Positions 1 to 9,548 of a stretch of DNA of 61,017 nucleotides are shown here, piece by piece. Below the pieces are notes generated by a model that saw only the letters and a program-made list of their open reading frames with translations, was not told the DNA's origin and searched no databases. Each line of letters opens with the position of its first letter. Position 1 is the first letter of the stretch. The stretch lies in the IMG/VR virus record IMGVR_UViG_3300047586_000114, positions 1 through 61,017 of that record. One strand, 5' to 3'. The position numbers were made by a program, and so were the translations under genes. The DNA is from a virus (taxonomy: Duplodnaviria; Caudoviricetes).

Positions 1-488
1 CATGGAATAAAATCAGCTTCTAGGTTAGGTAACCTTATAAAATAACATTTGGGTATTTTATTGATAACTTTATCCATGACTTCATAATTCTTGTTTAAAA
101 TAGTATTAAATAGTTCCTGAGTAGCAACATCTAAATTAAAAAAATTATTTAAATGTCTTTTTGCTTTATATTCTTTATGTATATTAGTATGGTAATAAGA
201 TTCTCCTTGTTCAAGAAAAATGTAGAAATTAAATTCAACTTTTCTCTTTTTAGCATACAACATATGATAAGATATAAATTGAAGTAAAGAATAAAAATAG
301 GAACAATCTACTTGTCTACAACGCCTAGATTGTTCCAATAACATCATCACAGCCCACTCTTGAAATAAAGATTGAGCACAACCTTTTAAATCTACAAAAA
401 TATTAAATTTATTTTTACAACTAGTAGAAACAATGTAATCTAAATCTTCATACTTGGGGTAATAGTTAACTAACTGTTCGATAGACAT
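1..488 (-). CDS. 5'-3' exonuclease / T4 RNase H-like (FEN/PIN fold), partial (runs off window start)
   Basis: Not in ORF track. ATG at 488 reads MSIEQLVNYYPK...IFVDLKG...HKEYKAKR...LEADFIP, open to the window edge. FVD, YKxxR and EAD motifs of 5' nucleases; lies in the replication cluster. Confidence 0.6.
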   Translation of the reverse strand, partial: MSIEQLVNYYPKYEDLDYIVSTSCKNKFNIFVDLKGCAQSLFQEWAVMMLLEQSRRCRQVDCSYFYSLLQFISYHMLYAKKRKVEFNFYIFLEQGESYYHTNIHKEYKAKRHLNNFFNLDVATQELFNTILNKNYEVMDKVINKIPKCYFIRLPNLEADFIP

Positions 489-489
489 T

Positions 490-978
490 TTAAATATTTA
501 CGAAATCTTTAAATAAAGAAAACATATCATAAGGATAATTTTTATATTCATTACTTACTTTTTTAATATGTGCATCCATTTCAGTTTTACTTTTCTTTTC
601 AAAATCAATTAGTGTTTCAAATAATTTTTTAGTATCATATCCAGAATTAAAATTTTTAGCTAAAGAAAGAGGTATAAGTTTTTTACATTTTTTACAATAA
701 AGAGATTTGTAACCATAAAAATGATTTAAAGATAAATACATTAATACTGTTAAATTATTTATCTGTATATTATAATTATTTAACCACATTTTAGCTTCTT
801 CCACCGGAATTAAATTTACAATATTTTCTGGTTTACATTTTACATAAGGTATTTTAATTTTTGGTTGTTTCTTTCTACCAAATAAAATATCATTAGTATC
901 ACCTATATCAGGACACAAACCTACTTTATATTTTGTATTTCCATTTTCATCAAATAGAGATTCTGTTTTCATTTTCAT
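490..978 (-). CDS. hypothetical protein
   Basis: 162-aa ORF with AAGGA SD, packed between neighbours; one CKKC motif. Confidence 0.6.
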   Translation of the reverse strand: MKMKTESLFDENGNTKYKVGLCPDIGDTNDILFGRKKQPKIKIPYVKCKPENIVNLIPVEEAKMWLNNYNIQINNLTVLMYLSLNHFYGYKSLYCKKCKKLIPLSLAKNFNSGYDTKKLFETLIDFEKKSKTEMDAHIKKVSNEYKNYPYDMFSLFKDFVNI

Positions 979-989
979 TTTTCCTTTTG

Positions 990-1808
990 TTAAATATTCA
1001 AATTCATTGCTGTTTTCTTTTCTGGTTCTGAAACTGCTTCAACTTTTTTAATAGGTTGAACATCACTTCTTCCAGATATAATCACTGGAATATTAAAAAT
1101 AGTTTGATAGAACTTCCAAAGTAAAACTTTTCCTTTCCTATAAACTTTTAGTTTAATATCTCCACTTTCAAGAGTAAATGCAAACGATTGAATGTTAAAA
1201 TCATAATCATCAGATTCTACTTTATTTAAAACAATACCTTTAACAACATCTGAATATTGTTCATTATTGGTAGTTGCTATATAAAATCCAGCTTGACTAT
1301 TTCTAACTTTACAACAAATAACATCATTAAAAAATCCTTCACAAACATTCTTAATTCTCTTTCCTACATTGGCACTAATAGTATGTTCAAAAAGAAGATC
1401 TTCATCTGATGCATTTAATTTTTTAACTATTTCATTATCATCAATATATACATTATCAAGAAATTTCTTTAACGGTTTGCGGAAAGTAATTTCAGAAATA
1501 TTATCAGCAATGATATAAGTTGTATCATTATCCTTATACAAGACATTATCATCTTGTCCGCCTTGACCAGCTGCATCATCTTTTTCAAAAATTTTTAATA
1601 GATTAATTTTTTGTTTTAATTGAGAAATTGTAAAATTACAATTTGCTGTAAAAATATCATTTAAATCCATTTCAATAATACAGTGTCCTGAATTTGTTTT
1701 TTGTCTAACTTTACCATTAACTATATCACAATCAGTACATGCATTTTCCATAATTTTGATTGAACGTAAAAAGTTGTTAAATTTCTCTCTAGTGATTGTT
1801 AAGTCCAT
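990..1808 (-). CDS. probable DNA sliding clamp (gp45/PCNA-like)
   Basis: 272 aa, alternating beta/alpha pattern and size typical of clamps; near clamp loader and primase. Call is mostly contextual. Confidence 0.45.
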   Translation of the reverse strand: MDLTITREKFNNFLRSIKIMENACTDCDIVNGKVRQKTNSGHCIIEMDLNDIFTANCNFTISQLKQKINLLKIFEKDDAAGQGGQDDNVLYKDNDTTYIIADNISEITFRKPLKKFLDNVYIDDNEIVKKLNASDEDLLFEHTISANVGKRIKNVCEGFFNDVICCKVRNSQAGFYIATTNNEQYSDVVKGIVLNKVESDDYDFNIQSFAFTLESGDIKLKVYRKGKVLLWKFYQTIFNIPVIISGRSDVQPIKKVEAVSEPEKKTAMNLNI

Positions 1809-1872
1809 TTGTTTAATTCCTTCTATTTGTTTTATTTATACATTTTGTTCTTATATTTTAAAAACACTTCCA

Positions 1873-2286
1873 TTAACTCAATTCCTCATCCAAATCTCGA
1901 TATAAGTCCATATAATAGAAGTTATCTTCCGTGCTTATATGTCTTTTGTCTAAATAAAAATAAAGGTTTTCTACTTCTTGTAGAAAGTCTCTTATCACTT
2001 TAATTAACTTAGTTTTCTTTTTCTTTTTATACTTAAATAAGACAGCGATTCTTAAAGTATGATTTTGAACGAATGCACAAGCTATAGTTATATCTATATC
2101 ATGACAGAAGTTTTTTATTTGAACACAATCATCAAAAACTTCTGTTACAAATTTAGGAGTACTTAATTTATCATCTAAATAAACTGGATGACTAATGATC
2201 TTCTCTTTCATTTTAGCTAATTGTTTTCTAATCACATCTATTTCATTAACCTTTTTTAACTCCTTGTCGCATTCGATTATTTTCAT
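1873..2286 (-). CDS. hypothetical protein
   Basis: ORF 1873..2346; in-frame ATG at 2286 (MKIIE) reduces the overlap with primase. Confidence 0.55.
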   Translation of the reverse strand: MKIIECDKELKKVNEIDVIRKQLAKMKEKIISHPVYLDDKLSTPKFVTEVFDDCVQIKNFCHDIDITIACAFVQNHTLRIAVLFKYKKKKKTKLIKVIRDFLQEVENLYFYLDKRHISTEDNFYYMDLYRDLDEELS

Positions 2287-3307
2287 TGTAGTAAGCCTTT
2301 TTAATTTTATGATCGTATAATATCGGACAAATAGGAAATGTACCAAAATCTTTCTTGTTTTTGTTATAATACAATTTTAAATTTTCAACTATATGTTGAG
2401 TATTATTGATGAACTTATTATAACAATAAAACTCTTTATCTAAATCACTTAAAATTACAACATTTACTTTATATAAAGATTCATCAAAACAAATGGATTT
2501 TAATGCTGATTCATAAGAGAATGATTGACAAGATGCAAATAAATATGATTCATTATTTAAGTTTAATATATTATGAGTTATACAAGCAAGAATATTAAAT
2601 ATACCTTCAGATAAAACAATTGTGTTACTTTTTGTATTATTAGTTTTAAATGAAACATAATCTAATAGATTATAGTTATTATTTTGTATCTCATATTTAA
2701 AGAATTTAAAGTTATCGTTACGGTTTATATTTCTAAAAAATATCTTTGATTTATTGTGGCTGATAAAACCCACAAATTGTTCTTGTAGTTTGTTGATTAA
2801 TGATGTTTTTTCATTAAATAGTATTCCGGGATTGAGATTAATTAGTTCTCTAATATTGAAAATTAAATTATTTTTAAGTAGATTGAAAGTATAGTTATCT
2901 ATATTTTCTGTACATAACCTATTTTTAATATATTCTAGTTTTGAAGGAAACGAATCTAAATCTGGTTCTAATTCCGGAATTTTAATATCTTTAAATTTTA
3001 ATTGTTTTGATTTGATTATTTTGAGATTATCTGATAGTTGTTTTAACTCAGATTTAGGAAGAACTTGTTCTGCAATTTCATCAGAATGAGTTAAATAATA
3101 AATAAGTTCTCTGATAGAATTACTTTTATTACACAGGAAACAATGGTATATGGGGAGTTCTGGATTTTTTGAAATCCTAAGATGATCTTGCTTAGAAATT
3201 GTTTTGTGTTCCTGGCAAAAAACACATTTGCAAAATATATTCTTATCATTTTCCTTTACATAAATATCTTTTTCTTTAACTATTTCTCTGATAAGATCTA
3301 CATTCAT
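2246..3307 (-). CDS. DNA primase (Zn-binding + TOPRIM; T4 gp61-like)
   Basis: N-terminal CVFC...HCFLC zinc motif; TOPRIM motifs IVLSEGIFN and ILSDLD. Confidence 0.75.
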   Translation of the reverse strand: MNVDLIREIVKEKDIYVKENDKNIFCKCVFCQEHKTISKQDHLRISKNPELPIYHCFLCNKSNSIRELIYYLTHSDEIAEQVLPKSELKQLSDNLKIIKSKQLKFKDIKIPELEPDLDSFPSKLEYIKNRLCTENIDNYTFNLLKNNLIFNIRELINLNPGILFNEKTSLINKLQEQFVGFISHNKSKIFFRNINRNDNFKFFKYEIQNNNYNLLDYVSFKTNNTKSNTIVLSEGIFNILACITHNILNLNNESYLFASCQSFSYESALKSICFDESLYKVNVVILSDLDKEFYCYNKFINNTQHIVENLKLYYNKNKKDFGTFPICPILYDHKIKKAYYNENNRMRQGVKKG

Positions 3308-3966
3308 TATGTAGTATAAGTATAACCAATTAAATTTTGTAAAGTTGGAGATGTATTATTCACTATATTCTCCATTTTATAATCTTTTAAAATTTCTTGA
3401 GCTTTATTTATAGTCTCAATTTTTAAATCACAAACATCTAAATCCTTTTTAACAGCATTAAGTTTTCCTTCAATAACTTTATCTAAAATGTTTCTATTGT
3501 CATCTTTTTTATATTTTATTTTTGGTCTCAATTTTTCTAAAGAATCAGAAACTTTAATTATGGTATTTTTATTCATTTTAGTTGTTTTAATTTCTGATGA
3601 AAAATTACTTACTAAACGACTTATAATATCATCCAATACTAATTTATTTATCATAAAATTTGAGCCACTTAAATTAATTTGGATATATTCATTTAACGAC
3701 TTATCAAACGCCACAACAATATATTCAATTGCTTTCAATTCCACATTATAAGGTATATGTTCATCATAAGATCCTGTTTCATCATATTTTTTTCTTTTTT
3801 CTAAATCTGATAAAACTTCATAAGCTAGTTGAATTTTAACGAATGTTTCTCGATTCCCATTTTTCATATCTGGATGGTAAAGTTTAGCTTTATCTCTATA
3901 TGCTTTTTTAATTTCATCATCAGAAGCATCTTTTGATATTCCTAATATTACATAAAGATTTTCCAT
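3307..3966 (-). CDS. DnaJ (J-domain) protein
   Basis: LYVILGI...IKKAYR...YHPD...AYEVLSD..KRKKYD: canonical J domain with HPD. Confidence 0.92.
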   Translation of the reverse strand: MENLYVILGISKDASDDEIKKAYRDKAKLYHPDMKNGNRETFVKIQLAYEVLSDLEKRKKYDETGSYDEHIPYNVELKAIEYIVVAFDKSLNEYIQINLSGSNFMINKLVLDDIISRLVSNFSSEIKTTKMNKNTIIKVSDSLEKLRPKIKYKKDDNRNILDKVIEGKLNAVKKDLDVCDLKIETINKAQEILKDYKMENIVNNTSPTLQNLIGYTYTT

Positions 3967-3968
3967 TA

Positions 3969-4199
3969 TTATATATCCTTAATTTCTCTTTTACAAAATG
4001 GACAAATTTTTGTATCTGTTGTTAAACTGCTAACTCCACATCCTAATGATTTAAGTATAAAAGGAATTTTATAATAAGTTAATTGTTTAATAAGCCACTG
4101 AATACAGATTTTAAATTCACTAGTATATTCAATTTTTTGACTAGTTCTTATTTTTTCTTCCATTTCATTAATCCATTTTGGATTTAATTTCATGTTCAT
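3969..4199 (-). CDS. hypothetical protein
   Basis: 76-aa ORF with C-terminal CPFC, GAGG SD. Confidence 0.6.
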   Translation of the reverse strand: MNMKLNPKWINEMEEKIRTSQKIEYTSEFKICIQWLIKQLTYYKIPFILKSLGCGVSSLTTDTKICPFCKREIKDI

Positions 4200-4325
4200 T
4201 TATTCATCCTCGTTATGGTGTTTATTTTTACTAAATAAAAGAAGATAAAGTACTATAGGAATAGACATTATAATAAGACATTTATGGATGAATTCTTTGT
4301 AGATATATTTTAATAACTTATTCAT
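4200..4325 (-). CDS. small single-TM protein (41 aa)
   Basis: Below track cut-off: MNKLLKYIYKEFIHKCLIIMSIPIVLYLLLFSKNKHHNEDE*; fills the gap exactly and overlaps the clamp-loader stop. Confidence 0.5.
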   Translation of the reverse strand: MNKLLKYIYKEFIHKCLIIMSIPIVLYLLLFSKNKHHNEDE

Positions 4326-5292
4326 TTTTCTTGAAGACTTTATTATAGTTTAAACCATTTTGTATGATAGAATAAACCATGCTACAAAAATGAATTGAAG
4401 GAATAGCGCACTGATTAAATTGATTACAATAACGATTCACTTCTATTTTTCCCCAGAGCGGGATTGAAGAATTAAATAATTGTTCAAATAAATTTAAATA
4501 ATCTATAACTTCTGAATTTTTAACCATTTCATCTTGTATATCAGCAACATTTCTATTGATTAAAGAATCACTATTTATATTTTCTGTAATCTGGATAATA
4601 AGACCAATTATCTTTTTTTCTATTCCAATAAGATCATTCATATCCAAATGCTTCAATTCACTATTAGAAACACTCTGATTTAAAATATTCACACATTTGC
4701 GTACATCAGGGCTTAAACTTTGAACTAATAATTTAACTTCATCAAGATTATATTTAATGTTTTCGGATCTTAAAATTTTTTCACAATATTGAATAATAAA
4801 TTCATCTGGTAAACGCTTAAATTCGAGAATCTGAAATCTTGACAACAAAGCATTGTCGATTTTAGACTTATGATTAGTACAACAAAGAAATCTTCCGTTT
4901 GAAGAATATTTTTCAAATATATCCTTTAAAGCAGATTGAGCTTGGGGGGAAACTCTTTCAAACTCTTCTATATAAATTATTTTTTTCACTTCTCCATAAC
5001 AAGGAGTCTTTAAGAAGCCTTCTACGTTTTCTCTTACTGTATTAATACTCGTTTCACTAGAACCATTATAACACATCAAATCTAGTTGATTAGTAATTAA
5101 TTTATCTACTAAAATTCTTGCAATTGTTGATTTTCCGGAACCCTGGACCCCACATAATAGCAACTGTGGGATCTCTTTTTTTTCTAAACACTTCTCTAGT
5201 AAGTCCTTGTGCTTATCAATCAAAACCACATCACTTAATTCTTTTGGACGATATTTTTCTACCCATAACATATCGAGAATATCATCAGACAT
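4318..5292 (-). CDS. clamp loader AAA+ subunit (RFC small / T4 gp44-like)
   Basis: LWVEKYRP, Walker A GVQGSGKS, AQSAL, LLSRF arginine finger, DVRK sensor 2. Confidence 0.92.
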   Translation of the reverse strand: MSDDILDMLWVEKYRPKELSDVVLIDKHKDLLEKCLEKKEIPQLLLCGVQGSGKSTIARILVDKLITNQLDLMCYNGSSETSINTVRENVEGFLKTPCYGEVKKIIYIEEFERVSPQAQSALKDIFEKYSSNGRFLCCTNHKSKIDNALLSRFQILEFKRLPDEFIIQYCEKILRSENIKYNLDEVKLLVQSLSPDVRKCVNILNQSVSNSELKHLDMNDLIGIEKKIIGLIIQITENINSDSLINRNVADIQDEMVKNSEVIDYLNLFEQLFNSSIPLWGKIEVNRYCNQFNQCAIPSIHFCSMVYSIIQNGLNYNKVFKKNE

Positions 5293-6799
5293 TAATAACT
5301 CTCCTTTTAAAATGTTACATTTTTCAATTCTAAAAAGACCAAAGCTTATCTAGTTACTCAGAATACCGATTCGAATGTATATTTAAATACATTAAAATGA
5401 GCTCCTATACTGACAAGCAACTAATTGCCCCTACAAATATAAATACTTGTAAGCGGCTAATAAAGGGAAACATATAATTATATTTAATTTATTCCAAATA
5501 CATTTAAATCTCTTCTATTGTTTAAAAATTTTGTTAAATAATTTGTTCTTACAGTGCGGCGGAAAAGTTGTTCTTTCTCTAATTTAAATTTACACCTACA
5601 ATGTCTTTTAATTGTCTAAAGTGTTTCGAAAAGAATTTCTAATCTGTTACTAGAATAACATTAGACAAATAATCCGTAAGGATAATAGTGAGTAGGAAAT
5701 TAAAAGAATTATTAAGAAGGACTCTCCCGATGAATCGGAGAAGAGAGATGTCCCATTTAATCTGGGCGACGAAGGAGCCGCCTCTCTTTAGGGAAGGTAT
5801 ATAGAAGATGTGAGGAAGTTAATTGACGGGAAAATAAATCCTTACTTATAAAAGTTCTTAAACCCATTTATGTACGGAACTAGTTTGTTATTCATCCCAA
5901 CAGGAAACGCTAATTAGTGGGAGTAGTAAACTAAACTGAAAAATTTCCGGTGTAGTATTAATTTGATTGATTGTTTGTTCCCCCCTTGTATTTGTTCCTT
6001 TTTATAATTGTATAATCTTTTTAATACTTAGTAGTACTTAATCTCATTCATTTTAATTGTTATTTTCATACAACTTTTAGTTGTACATACTAATCCTGTT
6101 AACTTCTAAATTCCTACTTAACCTTTATATAAGTAGATAATTATTGTTTTACTACCGTCTATATGATTTAAAGTTATCCAGTTCCTTCCTTACGGACCAC
6201 TTGATAACTTTTCTTAATAGTAGTGATTAAGTTCTTAGCTTTTGATGATGTTACTTAGTGAATACTTTCTATTAAATATCTTATTAATAGATTATATTGG
6301 ATTTATCTAATATTCATTAAATAAATTTATTCTACTTTACAAAGATTGTTTCTATTGTTAGGTTGTGTACAGTTTCTTCTTGTTTTTATTTTTAAGAGTA
6401 GAAGAATGCTACAAAATCTTTTGTAGAAACTGGGACAGTCCTCCAAACCATAACTATCTATATTATGGTTCAGTTTTTGGTATCTTTATTAATTACTGAT
6501 CGCTTCGCTCAGATAATCTTACCTACATGTTCCTGTTTTCCGCGAGCGGAACATACAGTAACACTATACTTTTCAACCTACCCACTTCCAACCCTTAACC
6601 TTCCCACTTCCTACCAGTTAATGAAGGTCTATATCTATAGCATAAAAATTAACTATCTATATTTAGAACAATACATATATTGTTCTCTTTTTGTAGATTT
6701 GTTTCTATTGTGTAAATAGTGGATAAATTTGCCGTTATTTTCCCATGTTATAAAAAAATTTCTAAAAAAAGAATAATCTCCTGTTACGAATCTAAAGTA
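5293..6799. other. 1.5-kb non-coding hairpin-rich region (candidate replication origin or large ncRNA)
   Basis: No credible long ORF; many inverted repeats; purine/pyrimidine skew flips near 5950. Confidence 0.45.
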
Positions 6800-7141
6800 T
6801 CACTCAATCTTAATCAAATTATGTTTAGATAAAGTTTCAGCTATTTCTCTTTTAATTTGTTTAGTTGTAATAGAACCTTCATGTCTATGTAACTCTTTAC
6901 CTTCATGAAATATAATCATAGTAGGAGTTGCATTAATATTAAGTTCTTCAGATAGTAAAGAATTAGCATCAGTATCTAAATCAACAAATTCAAGTACATC
7001 TTTTTGAATCAGTTTATTCTCTACATAATTAACTGCATTCTTCATCAATCCACAAGGAAAACAACCTTTAGCTGTAAAAAGGGCAACAACTGTCTTGTTA
7101 TTATAATCGTTTTCAAACTGTGATTCTGTAATAACTTTCAT
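6800..7141 (-). CDS. thioredoxin
   Basis: VVALFTAKGCFPC active site, INATPTMIIF cis-Pro motif. Confidence 0.88.
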   Translation of the reverse strand: MKVITESQFENDYNNKTVVALFTAKGCFPCGLMKNAVNYVENKLIQKDVLEFVDLDTDANSLLSEELNINATPTMIIFHEGKELHRHEGSITTKQIKREIAETLSKHNLIKIE

Positions 7142-7144
7142 TAA

Positions 7145-7336
7145 CTACTTCCCTTTCTTTTCAAACTTTGACATATCTAAATCTTCTAACCATTCTTGCA
7201 TTATTTCATTAATTAATTTACTAGGAGTTATTTTTCTTTTGTTACATAACTTGTTTAATTCAAATTCTATATCTTCATTTATTTCAACTCTAATTGTTAA
7301 TCCGGGTTTGTAATTCTTTTTCTTTTGTTGATTCAT
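7145..7336 (-). CDS. ribbon-helix-helix-like DNA-binding protein
   Basis: LTIRVEI strand followed by two helices (ELNKLC...PSKLINEIMQEWL). Confidence 0.55.
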   Translation of the reverse strand: MNQQKKKNYKPGLTIRVEINEDIEFELNKLCNKRKITPSKLINEIMQEWLEDLDMSKFEKKGK

Positions 7337-7876
7337 TTGATTTCCTTTTTCAATTATTTATATATTAGTCCACCGGTATCTGGTTTGAAATTTTTAAGTA
7401 ATTTTTGATCTTCTGGATTCCCCGCTAAGAAAACTGGTTGATGTTCTGGTTGAAAACACCTTAACTCCTTGGCGGAGTTGTCAAGTTGTTTTTTTCTTAA
7501 AGCTAATTGTATTTGATCTTTAACACTTAATAATGGTTGTTCTTCTTGTGGAATTTGAATTGTTTCTTTTATATATGTTTGTATATTTTCAGGATTTATT
7601 TCATTTACTATTTTAACAATTGGTTTAATAGTTTTCGAAGGTTGTTCTAATATTTCTTTTATTTCAATAATTTCTTTAGGTTTAGTTCTAATAGTTGGTG
7701 TTATTGTAGATATATTTTGAATTGATTTATTTAATTCAACAATCGAATTTTTAATTTCTAAATTATCATTATGAATAGTTTCTAATACCTTTTCTATATC
7801 TTCATTTATTTCAACTCTAATTGTTAATCCGGGTTTGTAATTCTTTTTCTTTTGTTGATTCATTTGATTTCCTTTT
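7265..7876. repeat. 85-bp identical direct repeat (7265-7349 and 7792-7876) within a larger diverged tandem duplication
   Basis: Both copies encode MNQQKKKNYKPGLTIRVEINEDIE plus the upstream RBS. Confidence 0.9.
7354..7863 (-). CDS. chimeric hypothetical protein (N-term of 7145 ORF + body paralogous to 7888 ORF)
   Basis: First 24 aa identical to the 7145 ORF; IHNDNLEIKNSIVELNKSIQN and KDQIQLALRKKQLDNS shared with the 7888 ORF. Confidence 0.75.
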   Translation of the reverse strand: MNQQKKKNYKPGLTIRVEINEDIEKVLETIHNDNLEIKNSIVELNKSIQNISTITPTIRTKPKEIIEIKEILEQPSKTIKPIVKIVNEINPENIQTYIKETIQIPQEEQPLLSVKDQIQLALRKKQLDNSAKELRCFQPEHQPVFLAGNPEDQKLLKNFKPDTGGLIYK

Positions 7877-7887
7877 CAATTATTATT

Positions 7888-8430
7888 TTAAACTAATCCA
7901 CTAGTATCTGGTTTTAAATTTTTCAAGATTTTATCTGAATCTGGATCAGTTCCTAACCAAGCTGGTTGATGTTGAGGTTGAAAACATCTTAACTCCTTGG
8001 TGGAGTTGTCTAGTTGTTTTTTTCTTAAAGCTAATTGTATTTGATCTTTAATACTTAATAATGGTTGTTCTTCTGGTAATTGTGTCGGTGGAGTTTGAAC
8101 AAGTGATTTTCCAGGTTGTGTTGTAATTTCATTAACTACTTGTGGTTCTTTATTTGGGGTAATATAAGGTTGGGTTATTATAGGAATAGGTATTATTTCT
8201 TCTTGTTCAACTTCTTTTGGTATATCTTTAGGTTTAGTTTTAATAGTTGATGTTATTGTAAATAAATTTTGAATCGATTTATTTAATTCAACAATCGAAT
8301 TTTTAATTTCTAAATTATCATTATGAATAACGTCTAACATCTTATATATAGAGACTGTATTTTTACATAACTTACTCAAGTAATCAGTTATAGTTTCAGC
8401 TGTAATTTCAACATTTTCTTTACCAATCAT
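7888..8430 (-). CDS. hypothetical protein (coiled coil + P/Q/T-rich linker)
   Basis: 180-aa ORF, paralog of 7354..7863. Confidence 0.7.
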   Translation of the reverse strand: MIGKENVEITAETITDYLSKLCKNTVSIYKMLDVIHNDNLEIKNSIVELNKSIQNLFTITSTIKTKPKDIPKEVEQEEIIPIPIITQPYITPNKEPQVVNEITTQPGKSLVQTPPTQLPEEQPLLSIKDQIQLALRKKQLDNSTKELRCFQPQHQPAWLGTDPDSDKILKNLKPDTSGLV

Positions 8431-8443
8431 AAATTAAATCCCT

Positions 8444-8974
8444 TTATATGGAAGTAGTTTCCTTTTGTTCAGTTGATTTTTCCGGTTCTTTATCTGTAAG
8501 TTCTGTACTTTTTATTAATTTATTCTTGATTTTTGTTTTTGTTTCTTTATCTTCTTTAGCTACAGGAGGTACTTGTTCTTTTGTTGGTTTCCAATTGAAT
8601 TCTTTAAACAATGAACTAGCTGGTATAGTAACCAATACATACTTATCTACTATAAGATTCATTTCGAAAATATATTCATGGTGATTAAAGCTATCTTGCT
8701 TAACATCTTTTAAGGTAAAATGTTTAGTTCTAAGGTCCAAAGTAGGAAAATAATATCTCATATCTTCACAAAGAGAACTTCTAATATCACAATTTTTAAC
8801 TCTTTTTGCTATATAGGGAGTCCAATTTTCTTGTTGATCTTTAAAAATTAATTCTTCATCTTGGTTATTTTTAATAATGCACTTAATCTTATCTCCTGTT
8901 GGTAGAGAACGATTATAGAGGATTGGATTTGTCATTTTTGGTACACTAATTGATACTGTTCTGTCAGTTGTCAT
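8444..8974 (-). CDS. hypothetical protein
   Basis: 176-aa ORF, GGAG SD, GAACAAA motif upstream. Confidence 0.7.
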   Translation of the reverse strand: MTTDRTVSISVPKMTNPILYNRSLPTGDKIKCIIKNNQDEELIFKDQQENWTPYIAKRVKNCDIRSSLCEDMRYYFPTLDLRTKHFTLKDVKQDSFNHHEYIFEMNLIVDKYVLVTIPASSLFKEFNWKPTKEQVPPVAKEDKETKTKIKNKLIKSTELTDKEPEKSTEQKETTSI

Positions 8975-9040
8975 TGTTGGGCTCCAAATTATTAAAATTC
9001 ACTAGTTATTTTGTTCTCTTTTTAAATAGAGATAATGGTC

Positions 9041-9077
9041 AAATCACTTTGAATAGCTACATCATTCTATATATATT
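9041..9077 (+). promoter_or_regulatory. sigma70-like early promoter
   Basis: AAATCACTTTGAATAG 16-mer repeated at 45666; TTGAAT-N17-TATATT at the head of a plus-strand cluster. Confidence 0.6.
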
Positions 9078-9167
9078 AATACATGATTACGGAAGAATTG
9101 GTTCGAAAGAATTAATTCAGAAGTTTTCAAACGGTTGAAATAATAACTTAAATTAAAGGAGGTTGAT

Positions 9168-9356
9168 ATGAAAAAGACAATGTTTAAACACATGTGTTCT
9201 AATTGCAATTGTGCCCCTTGGTTATCAAAAGATGCAATTGATATGTGTCCAAAATGTGGAACAATTGATAACTGGCCTTACTGGGAACAACTTCAAGAAG
9301 AAGCAGAAAAGGAAATGGAATTAATCGATAGAATTCATGCGGAAATTTATGCTTAA
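9168..9356 (+). CDS. small zinc-ribbon protein
   Basis: CSNC...CPKCG; strong AAGGAGGT SD. Confidence 0.7.
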   Translation: MKKTMFKHMCSNCNCAPWLSKDAIDMCPKCGTIDNWPYWEQLQEEAEKEMELIDRIHAEIYA

Positions 9357-9503
9357 AACTAAAACAAGTTGGACGATCATGAGCTTATCGTGTGACTTTA
9401 GTTTCTTGTTTTAGTTTGTGGGTTTGACATATCCATAAAATTAAAGATTGGCCTCCGCCAAAGTGTCATTGGGTGTTGACATGAATAACGATAAGAACAC
9501 CCA
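9356..9503 (+). ncRNA. candidate structured RNA with loop-loop pairing
   Basis: 13-bp stem 9356-68/9405-17 and 8-bp stem 9470-77/9496-9503; loops carry complementary CTTATCGT/ACGATAAG. Confidence 0.45.
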
Positions 9504-9548
9504 TTTAGTTTAAAATTATTAGTAACTTAAAAATAAGGAATAAGTAAC

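Noticed and set aside
6465-6719. 84-aa plus-strand ORF in the non-coding gap
   Set aside because: No SD, atypical composition, overlaps hairpins
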